From contig CAVVHE010000004.1 in NCBI GenBank assembly GCA_963748015.1, forward strand, positions 544,001-608,000: a DNA stretch of 64,000 nucleotides, given 5' to 3'. Positions within the stretch are counted from its first letter, which is position 1; the number at the start of each line of letters is the position of its first letter. Shown piece by piece: positions 31,819-41,970 of this stretch. The position numbers and the translations under genes are program-made. This DNA comes from Terriglobia bacterium (GTDB lineage: Bacteria > Acidobacteriota > Polarisedimenticolia > Polarisedimenticolales > JAIQFR01). The notes under the pieces were generated by a model. That model was not told the origin of the DNA. It did not search any database and saw only the letters and a list, made by a program, of their open reading frames with translations.

Positions 31819-32605
31819 CCTCCGTCCTCTCGGTCAGATCTCGTGGAGGGCGACCCACGTCTGGCGGCGCAACCTGTTGCGGTGCGTGGCGACGTGGCGG
31901 ACAAGCCTGCTCCCACCGCTGGTGGAGCCGGTGCTCTACCTGCTGGCCTTCGGCGTCGTACTGGGCCCCGTGGTGGGAAGCGTGACGGATGACGGTGCGC
32001 GAGCGGGCTACCTTTCCTTCGTCGCACCCGGGCTCGTCGCGGTCGGGGTCGCGCTCCGGGCCGCTCGCGAGACGCTCTTCGGCTCGTTCTCCAGGATTCG
32101 GAACGAGGGGACGATCGAGGCGATGCTGGCGACCCCGCTCTCCGTCGAGGACGTGGTGGCCGGCGAGATCCTGTGGGGGACGACCCAGTCGCTCGTGACC
32201 GCGGGCGCGATGCTCGGAGCGAGCTGGCTGTGCGGGGCGGGCGTCTGGCCGTCGTCCTGGTGGGCGGTCGCGGTCTCGGCGCTCTGCGGCTTCGTCTTCG
32301 CGAGCGCCGGCATGTGCTTCGCGGCTGCTTGCCCGACCACCGACTCCCTCGGCGTGCCCATGTTCCTCGTCGTGCTCCCGATGTGCCTCTTCTCCGGGAC
32401 CTTCTTCCCGCTGGACGCTCTGCCCGTCTGGGCGGCCCGCCTCGCGTGGGCGCTTCCGCTGACCCACGCCGCTTCCCTCATGCGCGCCGTCATGCTGGAC
32501 CGGCCGCCGTCGCACCTCGTCGGGAGCCTCGCCTTCCTCGGCGGCGCATCCGTGCTCCTCTTCGTCGCGGCGCTCGCGCTGATGCGGCGCCGCCTCGTGC
32601 GGTGA
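31808..32605 (+). CDS. ABC-2 type permease, NodJ-like
   Basis: EPVLYLLAFG, YLSFVAPG, FSGTFFP, LPLTHA; ~6 TM segments. Confidence 0.9.
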   Translation: MPIDLRPLGQISWRATHVWRRNLLRCVATWRTSLLPPLVEPVLYLLAFGVVLGPVVGSVTDDGARAGYLSFVAPGLVAVGVALRAARETLFGSFSRIRNEGTIEAMLATPLSVEDVVAGEILWGTTQSLVTAGAMLGASWLCGAGVWPSSWWAVAVSALCGFVFASAGMCFAAACPTTDSLGVPMFLVVLPMCLFSGTFFPLDALPVWAARLAWALPLTHAASLMRAVMLDRPPSHLVGSLAFLGGASVLLFVAALALMRRRLVR

Positions 32606-32609
32606 TCCG

Positions 32610-33335
32610 GTGGGGCGGTTGTTCGCTCTCGCGGACCTGCACCTCTCGCTCACCGGCGCGAAGCCGATGGACGTGTTCTCCGAGGCGTGGCGGGATCATG
32701 CGCGCCGCATCGCCGCGGCGTGGGACCGCGTGGTGGAGGCCGGCGACACGATGCTCCTGCCGGGGGACATCTCGTGGGCGGAGGATCTCGTCGAGGCGGC
32801 GCCGGACCTCGAGTGGATCGGCGCACGGCCGGGGCGGAAGATCCTGCTCCGCGGGAACCACGACTCGTGGTGGGGAAGCGCGGCGAAGGTGCGCGCGGCG
32901 CTCCCCGCGGGTTGCGAGATCCTCCAGAACGACGCGCACCTCGCGGGGGACCGGGTGATTCTCGGCGCGCGAGGCTGGACCTCCCCGGACGACCCGGTGG
33001 CGAACGAGAGCGACGCCGCGATCTTCCGGCGCGAGCTGGAGCGGCTGAGGCTCTCGGTGAGGGACGCCGACCGGCGCTTCGGACGAACGCTCCCGCGCGT
33101 CGCGATGCTGCACTATCCCCCCTGGATCGTGAGGAGGGATCCCACCGAAGTGGTCGGCATCCTCCGGGACGCCGGGGTCACCGACTGCGTGTACGGCCAC
33201 CTGCACGACGTGGACGTCGCGCTCGGGGTAACCGGCGAGCGCGACGGGATCCGGTATCACCTGGTTTCCGCCGATGCCGCGGGTTTTGCCCCCGTCCGGA
33301 TTCCCGGTCCGGGAGAGGCCGAGGAGGTGCTTTGA
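32610..33335 (+). CDS. Calcineurin-like metallophosphoesterase
   Basis: DLH, GDISW, GNHD, HYPP, YGHLH motifs. Confidence 0.92.
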   Translation: MGRLFALADLHLSLTGAKPMDVFSEAWRDHARRIAAAWDRVVEAGDTMLLPGDISWAEDLVEAAPDLEWIGARPGRKILLRGNHDSWWGSAAKVRAALPAGCEILQNDAHLAGDRVILGARGWTSPDDPVANESDAAIFRRELERLRLSVRDADRRFGRTLPRVAMLHYPPWIVRRDPTEVVGILRDAGVTDCVYGHLHDVDVALGVTGERDGIRYHLVSADAAGFAPVRIPGPGEAEEVL

Positions 33336-33922
33336 GCTCGAATTCCGGCGTCGCGCGCGCGGGAGCCTACGCCTGTCCGGCGGCCGCCCGGCGGCTGTCG
33401 TGGGTCCTGGCGGCCGCGCTCGTCGCAGCCTCGGCAATCCTCGCGGCCCGCATCGACCCGGCGGGCCGGCTTCCGAACTCCGCCGTCATGAAAGGACTCC
33501 TGGTCGCCGCCGCGGCGGTCTTGGGCGCGAGGATCGCCCTGAGCCTCTCGGAGCTCCGCCTCACGGCTCGTGTTCGGGAACGCGACGTGCTGCTCGAGCT
33601 TCGCGGCCGGATGGCCGCGCTCGCCTGGGAGGACATCGAGCGGGTCGACTGGGATCCGCCGTTCCGCCACTACTCGCGCTGGTCCCCCGCGCTCGTTCTC
33701 GTGGACCGCCGGGGGCGGAGGTTTCGCATCCCGGCCCTGGTGACGGGTGGAGATCGGCTCGTCGCCGATCTCCTCGAGGCCGCGGGGCGGTCGGATCTCT
33801 CGAACCAGGCGGCGGCGCAGAGCCTCGCGAAGCGGATGGCCCGCTCGAGACGGTGGACGGCCGCGGCGTACGCAGCGGCCGCTTGCGCGATGGTGGCCGC
33901 CGCCGTGGCTCCGCTGCGCTGA
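33332..33922 (+). CDS. Hypothetical membrane protein
   Basis: Three hydrophobic segments; TTG start overlapping upstream stop; fills gap in + strand operon. Confidence 0.6.
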   Translation: MSSNSGVARAGAYACPAAARRLSWVLAAALVAASAILAARIDPAGRLPNSAVMKGLLVAAAAVLGARIALSLSELRLTARVRERDVLLELRGRMAALAWEDIERVDWDPPFRHYSRWSPALVLVDRRGRRFRIPALVTGGDRLVADLLEAAGRSDLSNQAAAQSLAKRMARSRRWTAAAYAAAACAMVAAAVAPLR

Positions 33923-33981
33923 CGAGCGGATTTCGCCTCGGAAGAAAGCGGAACGGGCGACGAGCCATCTATAATGGGCCG

Positions 33982-35784
33982 ATGAAGAGGATTCCACCTC
34001 CCAGGCACCCCCAGCGAGACCGCGGGTATCCCTCACCGCCGCCTCGCGTCCATCGTCCCGCTCCCGCGACGGTCACGCCGCCTCCCGAGGGGCTGCGGGG
34101 AATCCTCCGCGTCGTGGACGGGTTGTCGTACGCCGCGTACAAGCGCATCCTCGGCAGGCACGTGGTCGGCGAGTTCGAGGTCGTGGTGGACCGCATTCCT
34201 CCCGACCCGTACGCGGGGCAGGCTCGCGTACGCCTCGTCTGCGACCGGGCGAAGGCGCACCTTCCTCCCGAGCTCGTCTCGAGCCGGTCGCGGAGGATCG
34301 GGACGGAAGACTATGTCGCGCGCGGCGCCGCCGACGCCCTGGAGAGCCAGGTGCGCAGGGGAGGCAACGCGCCGCCGGGCACCGGCCGTATCTCGCTGGA
34401 GCCGATCGGGCCGGCGATGCTCGAGCGCGGCTCGTGCAGGATCACCGCGAGCTCGATCGAGTTGCGGCTCTTGGTGGACCTTCCCGCGGCGGGACGCAGG
34501 GTGAGGGGACTCGAGGCAGAGGAGTTGTTCTTCACCGACCTTCAGCGGCTCGCCACCGCGGCCGTGCTGTTCCCGGCGAGGCGCGCCGAGGAAGCCGCCC
34601 GCCATGCGGATGCGGCGGAGGACCACGAAGCGTTGCAGGCGGAGATCGCCTCTCGCGGTCTCGTGGCGTTCGTCGCCGACGGAAGCGTGCTTCCGCGGGC
34701 GGGAGGCGAGGACGCCGGGCCTCGGCGGGACGGGCGAGAGGTGCCGTTCGAGTCTCCGGAATCGCTAGCGGTCACCCTCCGCCTGCCGCACGCGGGAATG
34801 GTCCGCGGCATGGGGATCCCAGCCGGCGTCACCGTGATCGTGGGAGGGGGCTTCCACGGCAAGAGCACGCTTCTCGACGCGATCGTGTCCGGGGTCCATC
34901 CGCACCGGCCCGGAGACGGCCGCGAGCTCGTCGCCACCTGTTCGGAGGCCGTCGCGGTGAGGTCCGAAAACGGACGGTCGGTGCGCAGAGTGGACATCTC
35001 CGCGTTCCTCGCGGAGCTTCCCTCGGGGGAGGCGGCGGCGGACTTCTCGGCCGAGCGGGCCAGCGGGAGCACCTCGCTCGCCGCGTCGATCGTCGAAGCG
35101 CTCGAGATCGGCGCGCGAGTCCTGCTCGTGGACGAGGACACCTCGGCGACCAATTTCCTGATCCGGGACGGGCGGATGCAGCGCCTCGTCCCGCGGCCCC
35201 TCGAACCGATCGTGCCGTACCTCGACCGGGTGAAGGAAGTGCACCGGCGCTTCGGCGTCTCCACGCTCCTCGTCACGGGCGGCTCGGGCGACTACCTCGA
35301 GGCGGCGGACACCGTGATCCTCATGCGCGGATACCGGGCGGAGGACGCGACCGACCGCGCCCGCGAGGTGGTATCGGCCACGCGCTCGGTGCGAATCGCC
35401 GAAGCGGTCCCCGCGATGCGCCCGCCGGTGGCGCGCCAACCCTCCGTCAGCCTGCCGGAGGGGCCTCCGCCGCGCTTGGGGCTGCGCGGCCCCCGCGGGC
35501 TGAGGATCGGCGACGAGACGGTGGATCTCGTGGCGGTGGAGCCGATCGAGGAGACGGGGCAGGTCCGGGCACTGGCCTTCTTGTTGCGGGAGGCCGCGAG
35601 GCGCATGGAGGCCGGGAAGGACCTGGCGTCTCTCGTCCGGGAGATCGACGGGTGGCTCGACGAGGAAGGGCTCGACGCGCTCGATCCGCCGGCTGCCTAC
35701 GATCTCTCGCGACCGCGCCGCTTCGAGATCGCCGGAGCGATCAACCGCTGGCGCCCGGTCGCCTTCCGCCCTGCCGGCCGCTGA
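33982..35784 (+). CDS. ABC-class ATPase domain protein (COG3044-like, soluble)
   Basis: VAFVADGSVLPR, GGGFHGKSTLL, ASGSTS, DEDTSATNFLIRD, GGSGDY, RRFEIAGAINR. Confidence 0.88.
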   Translation: MKRIPPPRHPQRDRGYPSPPPRVHRPAPATVTPPPEGLRGILRVVDGLSYAAYKRILGRHVVGEFEVVVDRIPPDPYAGQARVRLVCDRAKAHLPPELVSSRSRRIGTEDYVARGAADALESQVRRGGNAPPGTGRISLEPIGPAMLERGSCRITASSIELRLLVDLPAAGRRVRGLEAEELFFTDLQRLATAAVLFPARRAEEAARHADAAEDHEALQAEIASRGLVAFVADGSVLPRAGGEDAGPRRDGREVPFESPESLAVTLRLPHAGMVRGMGIPAGVTVIVGGGFHGKSTLLDAIVSGVHPHRPGDGRELVATCSEAVAVRSENGRSVRRVDISAFLAELPSGEAAADFSAERASGSTSLAASIVEALEIGARVLLVDEDTSATNFLIRDGRMQRLVPRPLEPIVPYLDRVKEVHRRFGVSTLLVTGGSGDYLEAADTVILMRGYRAEDATDRAREVVSATRSVRIAEAVPAMRPPVARQPSVSLPEGPPPRLGLRGPRGLRIGDETVDLVAVEPIEETGQVRALAFLLREAARRMEAGKDLASLVREIDGWLDEEGLDALDPPAAYDLSRPRRFEIAGAINRWRPVAFRPAGR

Positions 35785-37628
35785 TTCGCCGCGCGGCGTT
35801 CCGGCCGCGGAGCCTCGTCCACCATCTCCTCGAGCCGATCGAGGTTGGACTGGATCGCGCGGGACACCGCCTCGTAGGGTTCTGCGGTCTCGAGGTCCAC
35901 CCCCGCCCGGCGCAGGAGCACGAGCGGGTCGTCCGAGCCCCCGGAGCGGAGGAACGCGAGGTAGCGCTCGCGCGCCCCGTCCCGGCCCGACAGGACCGCC
36001 TCCGCCAGGCAGATCGCGGCGACGATCCCGGTCGCGTACTGGTAGACGTAGAAGCCGTAGTGGAAGTGCGGAATCGCCGCCCACTCGATCCCGCACGCCG
36101 CTTCGATGTCCGTGACGCCCTCGTCGTGGCCGTGGGTGCGGCGCAACAGCGACAGGTAATCGGCGGTCAACCCGCGTCCGGTCAGCGCCTCGCCTCGCTC
36201 CACCTTCTCGTGGATGTCGAGCTCGAACTCGGCGAACATCGCCTGCCGGAAGAAGGTGGCCCGGAGGTCGTCGAGCCATCGGGCCGTGAGGAACATCCGC
36301 TCGGCCCGCCCGCGCGAGCGCCGCAGCAGGTCGTGGTGCAGGAGGATCTCGTTGAACGTGGAAGCGACCTCCGCGACGAAGATGGAGTAGTCCGCGGCGG
36401 GGTAGGGCTGAGAGCGGTTGCTGAACGAGGAATGAAGGGCATGCCCCAATTCGTGGGCGAGCGTCGAGACGCTCTCGAAGTCCCCGTTGAAATTGAGGAG
36501 GACGTACGGGTGGACGTCGTACGCGGAGCCGTTGGCGTACGCCCCCGCGCGCTTTCCGGGCGAGGGGAGCCAGTCGATCCATCGCGCGGAGAGGGCCTCG
36601 TCGAGGACGGAGAGGTACTCGCTTCCGAGAGGCTCGAGCGCGCGGCGCACGGCGGCGCGGGCTCCGGCGGGAGTGCGGGAGCCCGGGGCGGAGGCGGCGA
36701 GGGGACAGTGAAGGTCGTGGTAGGCGAGACGCGGCAGGCCGAGGGCCCGCGCGCGGAGGCGGAAGTAGCGGTGGAGGAGCGGAAGCATCCCGTGGGATCG
36801 CTCCACCAGATTCCGGTACACGCTCGGCGGAATCGCGTCCTCGTCGAGCGATGCGGCCAAGCTCGACGGGTAGCTCCTCGCCCTCGCCCTGAAGACGTGC
36901 TGCTTGACGGTCTCGAAGAGGTTCTGTCCGAAGGTCGCCTCGAATCCGAGGTAGGCGCCGAGATAGCGCCGCAGCACCGTCCGCCGGTCCCGGCGAACGG
37001 TCGTGGCGCGGTGCCGGGCGTACTCGGCGGGGGTCAGTTGCACGCGCTCGCCCGTCGATAGGCGGATGCGGGGCCGGGGCAGGTCGGCGTTGTGAAGCAG
37101 CCCGAAGATCGCGCCGGGGCCGCCGGCCAGGAGCGCGGCCTCCGCGAGGATCTCCTCCTCCCTCGGACCGAGCAGGTGTTCCCTCCGGCGAAGGACCGTT
37201 CGCACCGCGTGCGCATGGGGTGCCAGGGCCGCATCCTCCCCAAGGAAGGCCTCCACGCGCCCCGGGGGGGCGGCGACGATTTCAGGGGCGACGTAGGCCG
37301 CGCGGGCCGCGAGGGCGGGAAACAGCAGTTCCGTCTCCTCGCGGAGCGCGTGACGGGCCGGCACGCGCACGTCCTCGTCCGCCTTCATGGACGCGTAAGC
37401 GTGGATCCTGCGCAACCTTTTCGATGCGTCCGCGACCGCATCGAGGGCCGCGGCGAGGGTGGAGCCCGATTCGGTCAGCATCCCCCGAAAGCGGCCGATC
37501 GAGGGGAGCTGGCTCTCGAGGGTCGCCTTCGCCACGCCGAGCGCCCGATCGTCGGGAAACAGAGGAGAAAGGTCCCACTTTTCCCTGCGAGGGCGCGGAG
37601 CCGGCTTTTTTCGGTGCGAGCGAGCCAA
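35697..37628 (-). CDS. pepF: Oligoendopeptidase F (M3B)
   Basis: WDLSPLF, GKRAGAY, TLAHELGHALH, AEVAST, IPHF, YVYQYATG; TTG start inferred just downstream of tRNA. Confidence 0.92.
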   Translation of the reverse strand: MARSHRKKPAPRPRREKWDLSPLFPDDRALGVAKATLESQLPSIGRFRGMLTESGSTLAAALDAVADASKRLRRIHAYASMKADEDVRVPARHALREETELLFPALAARAAYVAPEIVAAPPGRVEAFLGEDAALAPHAHAVRTVLRRREHLLGPREEEILAEAALLAGGPGAIFGLLHNADLPRPRIRLSTGERVQLTPAEYARHRATTVRRDRRTVLRRYLGAYLGFEATFGQNLFETVKQHVFRARARSYPSSLAASLDEDAIPPSVYRNLVERSHGMLPLLHRYFRLRARALGLPRLAYHDLHCPLAASAPGSRTPAGARAAVRRALEPLGSEYLSVLDEALSARWIDWLPSPGKRAGAYANGSAYDVHPYVLLNFNGDFESVSTLAHELGHALHSSFSNRSQPYPAADYSIFVAEVASTFNEILLHHDLLRRSRGRAERMFLTARWLDDLRATFFRQAMFAEFELDIHEKVERGEALTGRGLTADYLSLLRRTHGHDEGVTDIEAACGIEWAAIPHFHYGFYVYQYATGIVAAICLAEAVLSGRDGARERYLAFLRSGGSDDPLVLLRRAGVDLETAEPYEAVSRAIQSNLDRLEEMVDEAPRPERRAANQRPAGRKATGRQRLIAPAISKRRGRERS

Positions 37629-37658
37629 ATCGTTACCTCGACAAGCGTTGTTACGAAA

Positions 37659-37745
37659 TGGTGCCGGAGGTGGGAGTCGAACCCACACGCCCGCAAGGGG
37701 CGGGGGATTTTGAGTCCCCTGCGTCTGCCATTCCGCCACTCCGGC
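37659..37745 (-). tRNA. tRNA-Leu (anticodon CAA), 87 nt, CCA encoded
   Basis: GCCGGAG acceptor, D-loop GGCGGAATGGCAGACGC, anticodon arm GGGGA-CTCAAAA-TCCCC, long variable arm, GGTTCGACTCC T-loop, ends CACCA. Confidence 0.97.
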
Positions 37746-37756
37746 GGCGATCGGGG

Positions 37757-37786
37757 AGCGTAGCGCCGCATCTTTCGACGTGTCAA
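37757..37786 (-). promoter_or_regulatory. Putative sigma-70 promoter for tRNA-Leu (and possibly pepF)
   Basis: Minus strand TTGACA-18 bp-TACGCT. Confidence 0.6.
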
Positions 37787-37849
37787 GGGGGAAACGGCCG
37801 TCGCTGCGCCCTTCCCGGGGCCCCGGAGGACCGCAACCTGTTTTAAACA

Positions 37850-37878
37850 TTGCAACTTCGACCAATTTGCGATACCAT
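37850..37878 (+). promoter_or_regulatory. Putative sigma-70 promoter for carD
   Basis: TTGCAA-17 bp-TACCAT preceded by AT-rich TTTTAAAC (UP-like). Confidence 0.6.
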
Positions 37879-37950
37879 TAAGGGTAGGCGGGGAGGTATA
37901 CGCCTTTCCGTCGTCCCGTACCTGCACGCGGGTGCGAGAGGGAGGCACGC

Positions 37951-38466
37951 TTGGATTTCAAGGTCGGCGACAAGGTCGTCTATCCCAACCACGGCGTGGG
38001 CGTCATCGAGCAGGTCACCAGCAAATCCGTGGGCGACATGGTTGCGGCGTTCTACCGCCTGCGGATCATCTCCACCGACAGCACGGTGATGGTACCGGTC
38101 GGCAACACGACCGCCGTCGGTCTTCGCAAGGTCCTGACCCGGCGAGAGGTCACGCGTGTCCTCGGCGTTCTCAAGAACGGCGAGGTCGCGACCTACGACG
38201 ACTGGAAGGGGCGATTCCAGGCCAATTCGGAAAAGATGCGAACGGGGGACATCCTCGCGGTCGCCGAGGTCCTGAAGAGCCTCTCCGTGTTGAGCGAGGT
38301 CAAGCCCTTGTCCTACCGGGAACGGAAGATGCTCGACCGCGCGCGGTTCCTGCTGGTTTCCGAGCTGGCGGAGGCCTCCAACAAGGGGCCCACGGAGGTC
38401 GAGGGGCAGATCGACTCGGCGCTCTCCGAGTGCATCAAGGGCGCGAAGGGGAAGCTGGAGCACTGA
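37951..38466 (+). CDS. carD: CarD/CdnL family RNA polymerase-binding regulator
   Basis: FKVGDKVVYPNHGVGVI, conserved Trp in DWKGR, LSYRERKML..AR.LLVSELA; TTG start with GGGAGG RBS. Confidence 0.93.
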   Translation: MDFKVGDKVVYPNHGVGVIEQVTSKSVGDMVAAFYRLRIISTDSTVMVPVGNTTAVGLRKVLTRREVTRVLGVLKNGEVATYDDWKGRFQANSEKMRTGDILAVAEVLKSLSVLSEVKPLSYRERKMLDRARFLLVSELAEASNKGPTEVEGQIDSALSECIKGAKGKLEH

Positions 38467-38563
38467 CCCCGCTTCACCCGTTTCCTTTCCGGCGGCCCGG
38501 CCTCGTGCCGGGCCGTCGTGTTTGGGATTCACGTCCGCGCGCCCCGGCCTGTATCCTTCCGGC

Positions 38564-40324
38564 ATGGACAACCTCGTACTGATCCGGGCCGCGGCGGCGA
38601 TCGCGCCCGCGGTGCAAGGGACCGTCCTTCGGGACATCCTGGAGGACTCCCCGCAGCGCTTTCGCCTGGTCTTCGAAGGGGACGGGCGAGCGGCCACGTT
38701 CGTGATCTCCCTCGATCCGGTCCTCCCCTGGATCGGCCGGCCAGCCCTTCGCTGGGAAGGAGCGCGTCGAACGCCGGGCTCGTTCGCGGGCCGGGCGGAG
38801 CGGTCCCTCGTGGGACTTCGGGTGAGGGCGTTCCGCAAGCCCGGAGCGGACCGCGTCGTCATCCTAGAGCTCGCCGACGGCCAGGCGCTCGTGGCGGAGC
38901 TCGCGACCCACGGAGCCAACCTCGTTCACGTGGACGCCGACGGAAACGTCGTGGGCTCGGCCCGGCATCCCCGCAGGGCGCAGGACCGCATCGCCGCAGG
39001 CCGGCCGTACCTGCCTCCGGCCCTACCGGCGGGCCGCCTCGTCCCGTTCGGAGCGACCGCCGATGCCCTGGACGCTGTCCTTCGCGGCGCGATCGGTTCG
39101 GGCGAGGAGCCGCTCGAAGCGCTCCGCAGGAGGATCTTCGGCGTGGGCACCGCCGGGGCACAGCTCGTGCTGGACGAGAGCTTGCGGGCGGGACGGTCGC
39201 TGGGGGGGGTCCTCTTCTCGCGGCTGGCGCGGCTCGAGGCGGGAGAGCTGGACCCGGTCGTGGCGGGGCCGGAGGATCCGCTCGCCGACGCAGCCGCCGG
39301 ACGGCTCGACACGGAGGGGATCCGGCTACTCCCGTGGGATCCTCCCGAGCCGCCGGCGGGCTGCACGCTGACCCGCGGGCCGGACGCGGCCGCCACGGCC
39401 GGGATTTACCATGACGCCATCGAGAAGGCCCGGCGTGTCGCCGCACGGACGGACGCGCTACGGGGGATCCTCAAGGGGGAGGTGCGCCGCCTCTGGGACG
39501 CCGAACGCCGGCTGGCGAGCGACATCGAACGCCTCGGCGATCCCGGGACGCTCCGCCGCTTCGGCGAGGCGCTGCTGGCGGGCCTTCACGGCGCGCGACG
39601 CGTCGGCGACCGGGCATGGGTGTCGAATCCCTACGATCCCGAAGGCGGAGAGATCGCGGTTCCCGCGCCGGCGGATCGAACGCTCCAGGCAGCGGCGGAC
39701 GAGCACTTCCTGCGGGCTCGAAAGGTCGAGCGCGGGCTCGAGATCGCCCGCGGCAGGCGTGAGGGCATCGGGCGCAGACTCGAGAGACTCGAGATCCTCG
39801 AGGCGGAGGCCGAGTCCGCGAGAGGCGACGAGGCGGCCGAGAAGGTCGAGGCGGCACTTCGAAAGGAGGGAATCGCCGTCGGCCTGGGGCCGTCCACTCG
39901 AGCCGGCCGTGCGGTCGCCCGGCGCGAGCCGCCACGGGTCGAAGGGGTTCGCCTCATCACGAGCACCGACGGCCTGACCATCTTGATCGGGAAGACCGGG
40001 CGGGACAACGATCGCCTGACGTTCAAGCTGGCCGGGCCCGAGGACTACTGGTTCCACGCGGCAGGAGTTCCGGGGGCCCACGTCGTGGTCCGGAGCGCGG
40101 CTCGGGGCGGACCTCTTCCGCGGGCGACCGTCGTGGAGGCCGCGACCGTCGCCGCGTGGTTCAGCGACGCGCGCAGCTCGGGCCAGGTGGACGTCCAGTG
40201 GACGCGGCGGAAACATGTCCGGCGCCTGAGAGGGGCGCCCCCGGGAACCGTCACCCTCAAGCGGTTCGAGACCATCCGCGTGCGGCCGGCCCCCCCGGCC
40301 GGCACGGAGGGCGAGGCTCGGTGA
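38564..40324 (+). CDS. rqcH: NFACT family protein, RqcH/Rqc2-like
   Basis: DRVVILE..LVAEL NFACT-N; C-terminal GKTGRDNDRL, WFHAAGVPGAHVV, AAWFS NFACT-R. Confidence 0.85.
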   Translation: MDNLVLIRAAAAIAPAVQGTVLRDILEDSPQRFRLVFEGDGRAATFVISLDPVLPWIGRPALRWEGARRTPGSFAGRAERSLVGLRVRAFRKPGADRVVILELADGQALVAELATHGANLVHVDADGNVVGSARHPRRAQDRIAAGRPYLPPALPAGRLVPFGATADALDAVLRGAIGSGEEPLEALRRRIFGVGTAGAQLVLDESLRAGRSLGGVLFSRLARLEAGELDPVVAGPEDPLADAAAGRLDTEGIRLLPWDPPEPPAGCTLTRGPDAAATAGIYHDAIEKARRVAARTDALRGILKGEVRRLWDAERRLASDIERLGDPGTLRRFGEALLAGLHGARRVGDRAWVSNPYDPEGGEIAVPAPADRTLQAAADEHFLRARKVERGLEIARGRREGIGRRLERLEILEAEAESARGDEAAEKVEAALRKEGIAVGLGPSTRAGRAVARREPPRVEGVRLITSTDGLTILIGKTGRDNDRLTFKLAGPEDYWFHAAGVPGAHVVVRSAARGGPLPRATVVEAATVAAWFSDARSSGQVDVQWTRRKHVRRLRGAPPGTVTLKRFETIRVRPAPPAGTEGEAR

Positions 40325-40441
40325 GGCCGCCCGGCCGCTCGGGTGGACCCGAATAGAGCGCAGATCGCTCCCTCCCGGTGGAACTTGCCGCCTCCGGGCG
40401 CGGGGATGGCCGGAACCGGCCTCAAGTTGCCCCGTTTTCTG

Positions 40442-40470
40442 TTGACCTTGCGCTTCGAACGGCCTACATT
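40442..40470 (+). promoter_or_regulatory. Putative sigma-70 promoter (probably leaderless transcript)
   Basis: TTGACC-17 bp-TACATT, ATG 8 nt downstream. Confidence 0.6.
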
Positions 40471-40478
40471 CGGCGCCC

Positions 40479-41510
40479 ATGAGGGAAGTCCCGAAGTACC
40501 TGGGTGGCGCGGCACTTGCCGCGCTGCTTCTGTGGTTCGTCTTGAGGGGGGTGGACCGGACGGCTCTCCTCGCGGCGATCGGCCGGGCCTCGGTCGTGGG
40601 GCTCCTGGCGGGGGCGGCCGTGAACCTCGCCCACAACGTGTTCCGCGTGTGGAGATGGGGCGCGCTCCTGGCCCCCGTCAAGCCCGGACTCAGGTTCCGA
40701 CCGATGTTCGGGGCCGTCATCGTCGGGTATCTCACGACCTGGGTGTTGCCGGGCCGGCTGGGGGAGTTGGTCCGTCCCGCCTTGCTCACCGCGCGCGAGG
40801 GAGTGCCGATCGGGCCTTCCCTCGGATCCATCGTGGCCGACCGCGTACTCGACGGCGCCGCGATTCTCATCCTCTTCATGACCGGAACGTACCTGTCTCC
40901 GATCGAGGGGAGCGCGGCGCAGAAGCTCCGGTCGGCGGCGTTCGTCCTTCTCGTCCTCGTGCTGCTCTTCATGGCCGGCGCGGTCGTTGCGGGGGGCATG
41001 CGCGCAAGGCTCGAAAGCTGGTTCGATCGCCGGGGACGGTTCGTCCGGTGGAGCGGCCGGGCGTTCCTTTCCCTGGCGTCGGGGACCGAGGCCTTGAGGC
41101 GCCCGCGTCTCCTGGCCCTCGTTCTGGGGTACAGCCTGCTCGCGTGGCTGACCATCGCGGCAGGCGCGTGGCTCGGGGTGCGCGCCTCGGGCGCGGACGT
41201 CTCGCTCGCCGCGATGATGGTGATGCTACCGCTCCTGGCGTTCGGCGTCGCGGTGCCGACGCCGGGAGGCGCCGGCGGATACCACGCGGCGATGGCGTTC
41301 GGCCTCCAGATGCTCTACGGCGTGCCGGCGGACGTCGCGGTCGCGGCGGGGATCCTCATGCACCTGGCGGTGGTGCTCCCCGTGATCGTCCTGGGGCTCG
41401 TCCTGCTCAGGACCGAGCGGATCTCCTGGGCGGACGTGATGGCCGCGGCGCGCGGCGTGCGCGGTCTCGGCCGCGAAGGCGGGCCGAGTGCTTTGGAGGG
41501 AAGCGCATGA
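40479..41510 (+). CDS. Lysylphosphatidylglycerol synthase TM / UPF0104 flippase-like membrane protein
   Basis: [29 protein letters not shown]; many TM segments. Confidence 0.88.
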   Translation: MREVPKYLGGAALAALLLWFVLRGVDRTALLAAIGRASVVGLLAGAAVNLAHNVFRVWRWGALLAPVKPGLRFRPMFGAVIVGYLTTWVLPGRLGELVRPALLTAREGVPIGPSLGSIVADRVLDGAAILILFMTGTYLSPIEGSAAQKLRSAAFVLLVLVLLFMAGAVVAGGMRARLESWFDRRGRFVRWSGRAFLSLASGTEALRRPRLLALVLGYSLLAWLTIAAGAWLGVRASGADVSLAAMMVMLPLLAFGVAVPTPGGAGGYHAAMAFGLQMLYGVPADVAVAAGILMHLAVVLPVIVLGLVLLRTERISWADVMAAARGVRGLGREGGPSALEGSA

Positions 41511-41962
41511 GGTGCCCGTTCTGTGGCCACCAGAAGGACAAGGTCGTGGACTCGCGCGAGACCGGCTCGGGCGACGCCATTCGCAGGCGCCGCGAGTGCC
41601 TCGAGTGCGGGCGCCGCTTCACGTCGTACGAGCGGGTCGAGGAGATCCCGTTCCTCGTGATCAAGAAGGACGGGCGGCGCGAGCCGTTCGACCGCCGCAA
41701 GCTGCTTGCCGGGCTGCACCGAGCTTGCGAGAAGCGGCCGATACCCGCGAAGGCCCTCGACGGCATCGCCGACGAGGTCGAGCAGATGGTCCAGGACAGC
41801 CCCGACCGCGAGGTCGAGGCGGGGGTGATCGGCGAGAAGGTGATGGCCTGTCTCAAGGAACTCGACAAGGTCGCGTACGTGCGCTTCGCGTCGGTCTATC
41901 GCCAGTTCGAGGACGTGCAGGAGTTCATGGCCGAGTTGAAGGACCTGCTGGAGCGGAGGTAA
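41507..41962 (+). CDS. nrdR: Transcriptional repressor NrdR
   Basis: [34 protein letters not shown]-cone, [10 protein letters not shown]. Confidence 0.97.
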   Translation: MRCPFCGHQKDKVVDSRETGSGDAIRRRRECLECGRRFTSYERVEEIPFLVIKKDGRREPFDRRKLLAGLHRACEKRPIPAKALDGIADEVEQMVQDSPDREVEAGVIGEKVMACLKELDKVAYVRFASVYRQFEDVQEFMAELKDLLERR

Positions 41963-41970
41963 TCGTCGTC

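Noticed and set aside
37659..37745. tRNA-Leu as an integration site for a genomic island
   Set aside because: No integrase, no duplicated tRNA 3' end seen, and the flanks are housekeeping genes
38564..40324. Fibronectin-binding adhesin (legacy FbpA label)
   Set aside because: No signal peptide; NFACT proteins are established as ribosome quality-control factors
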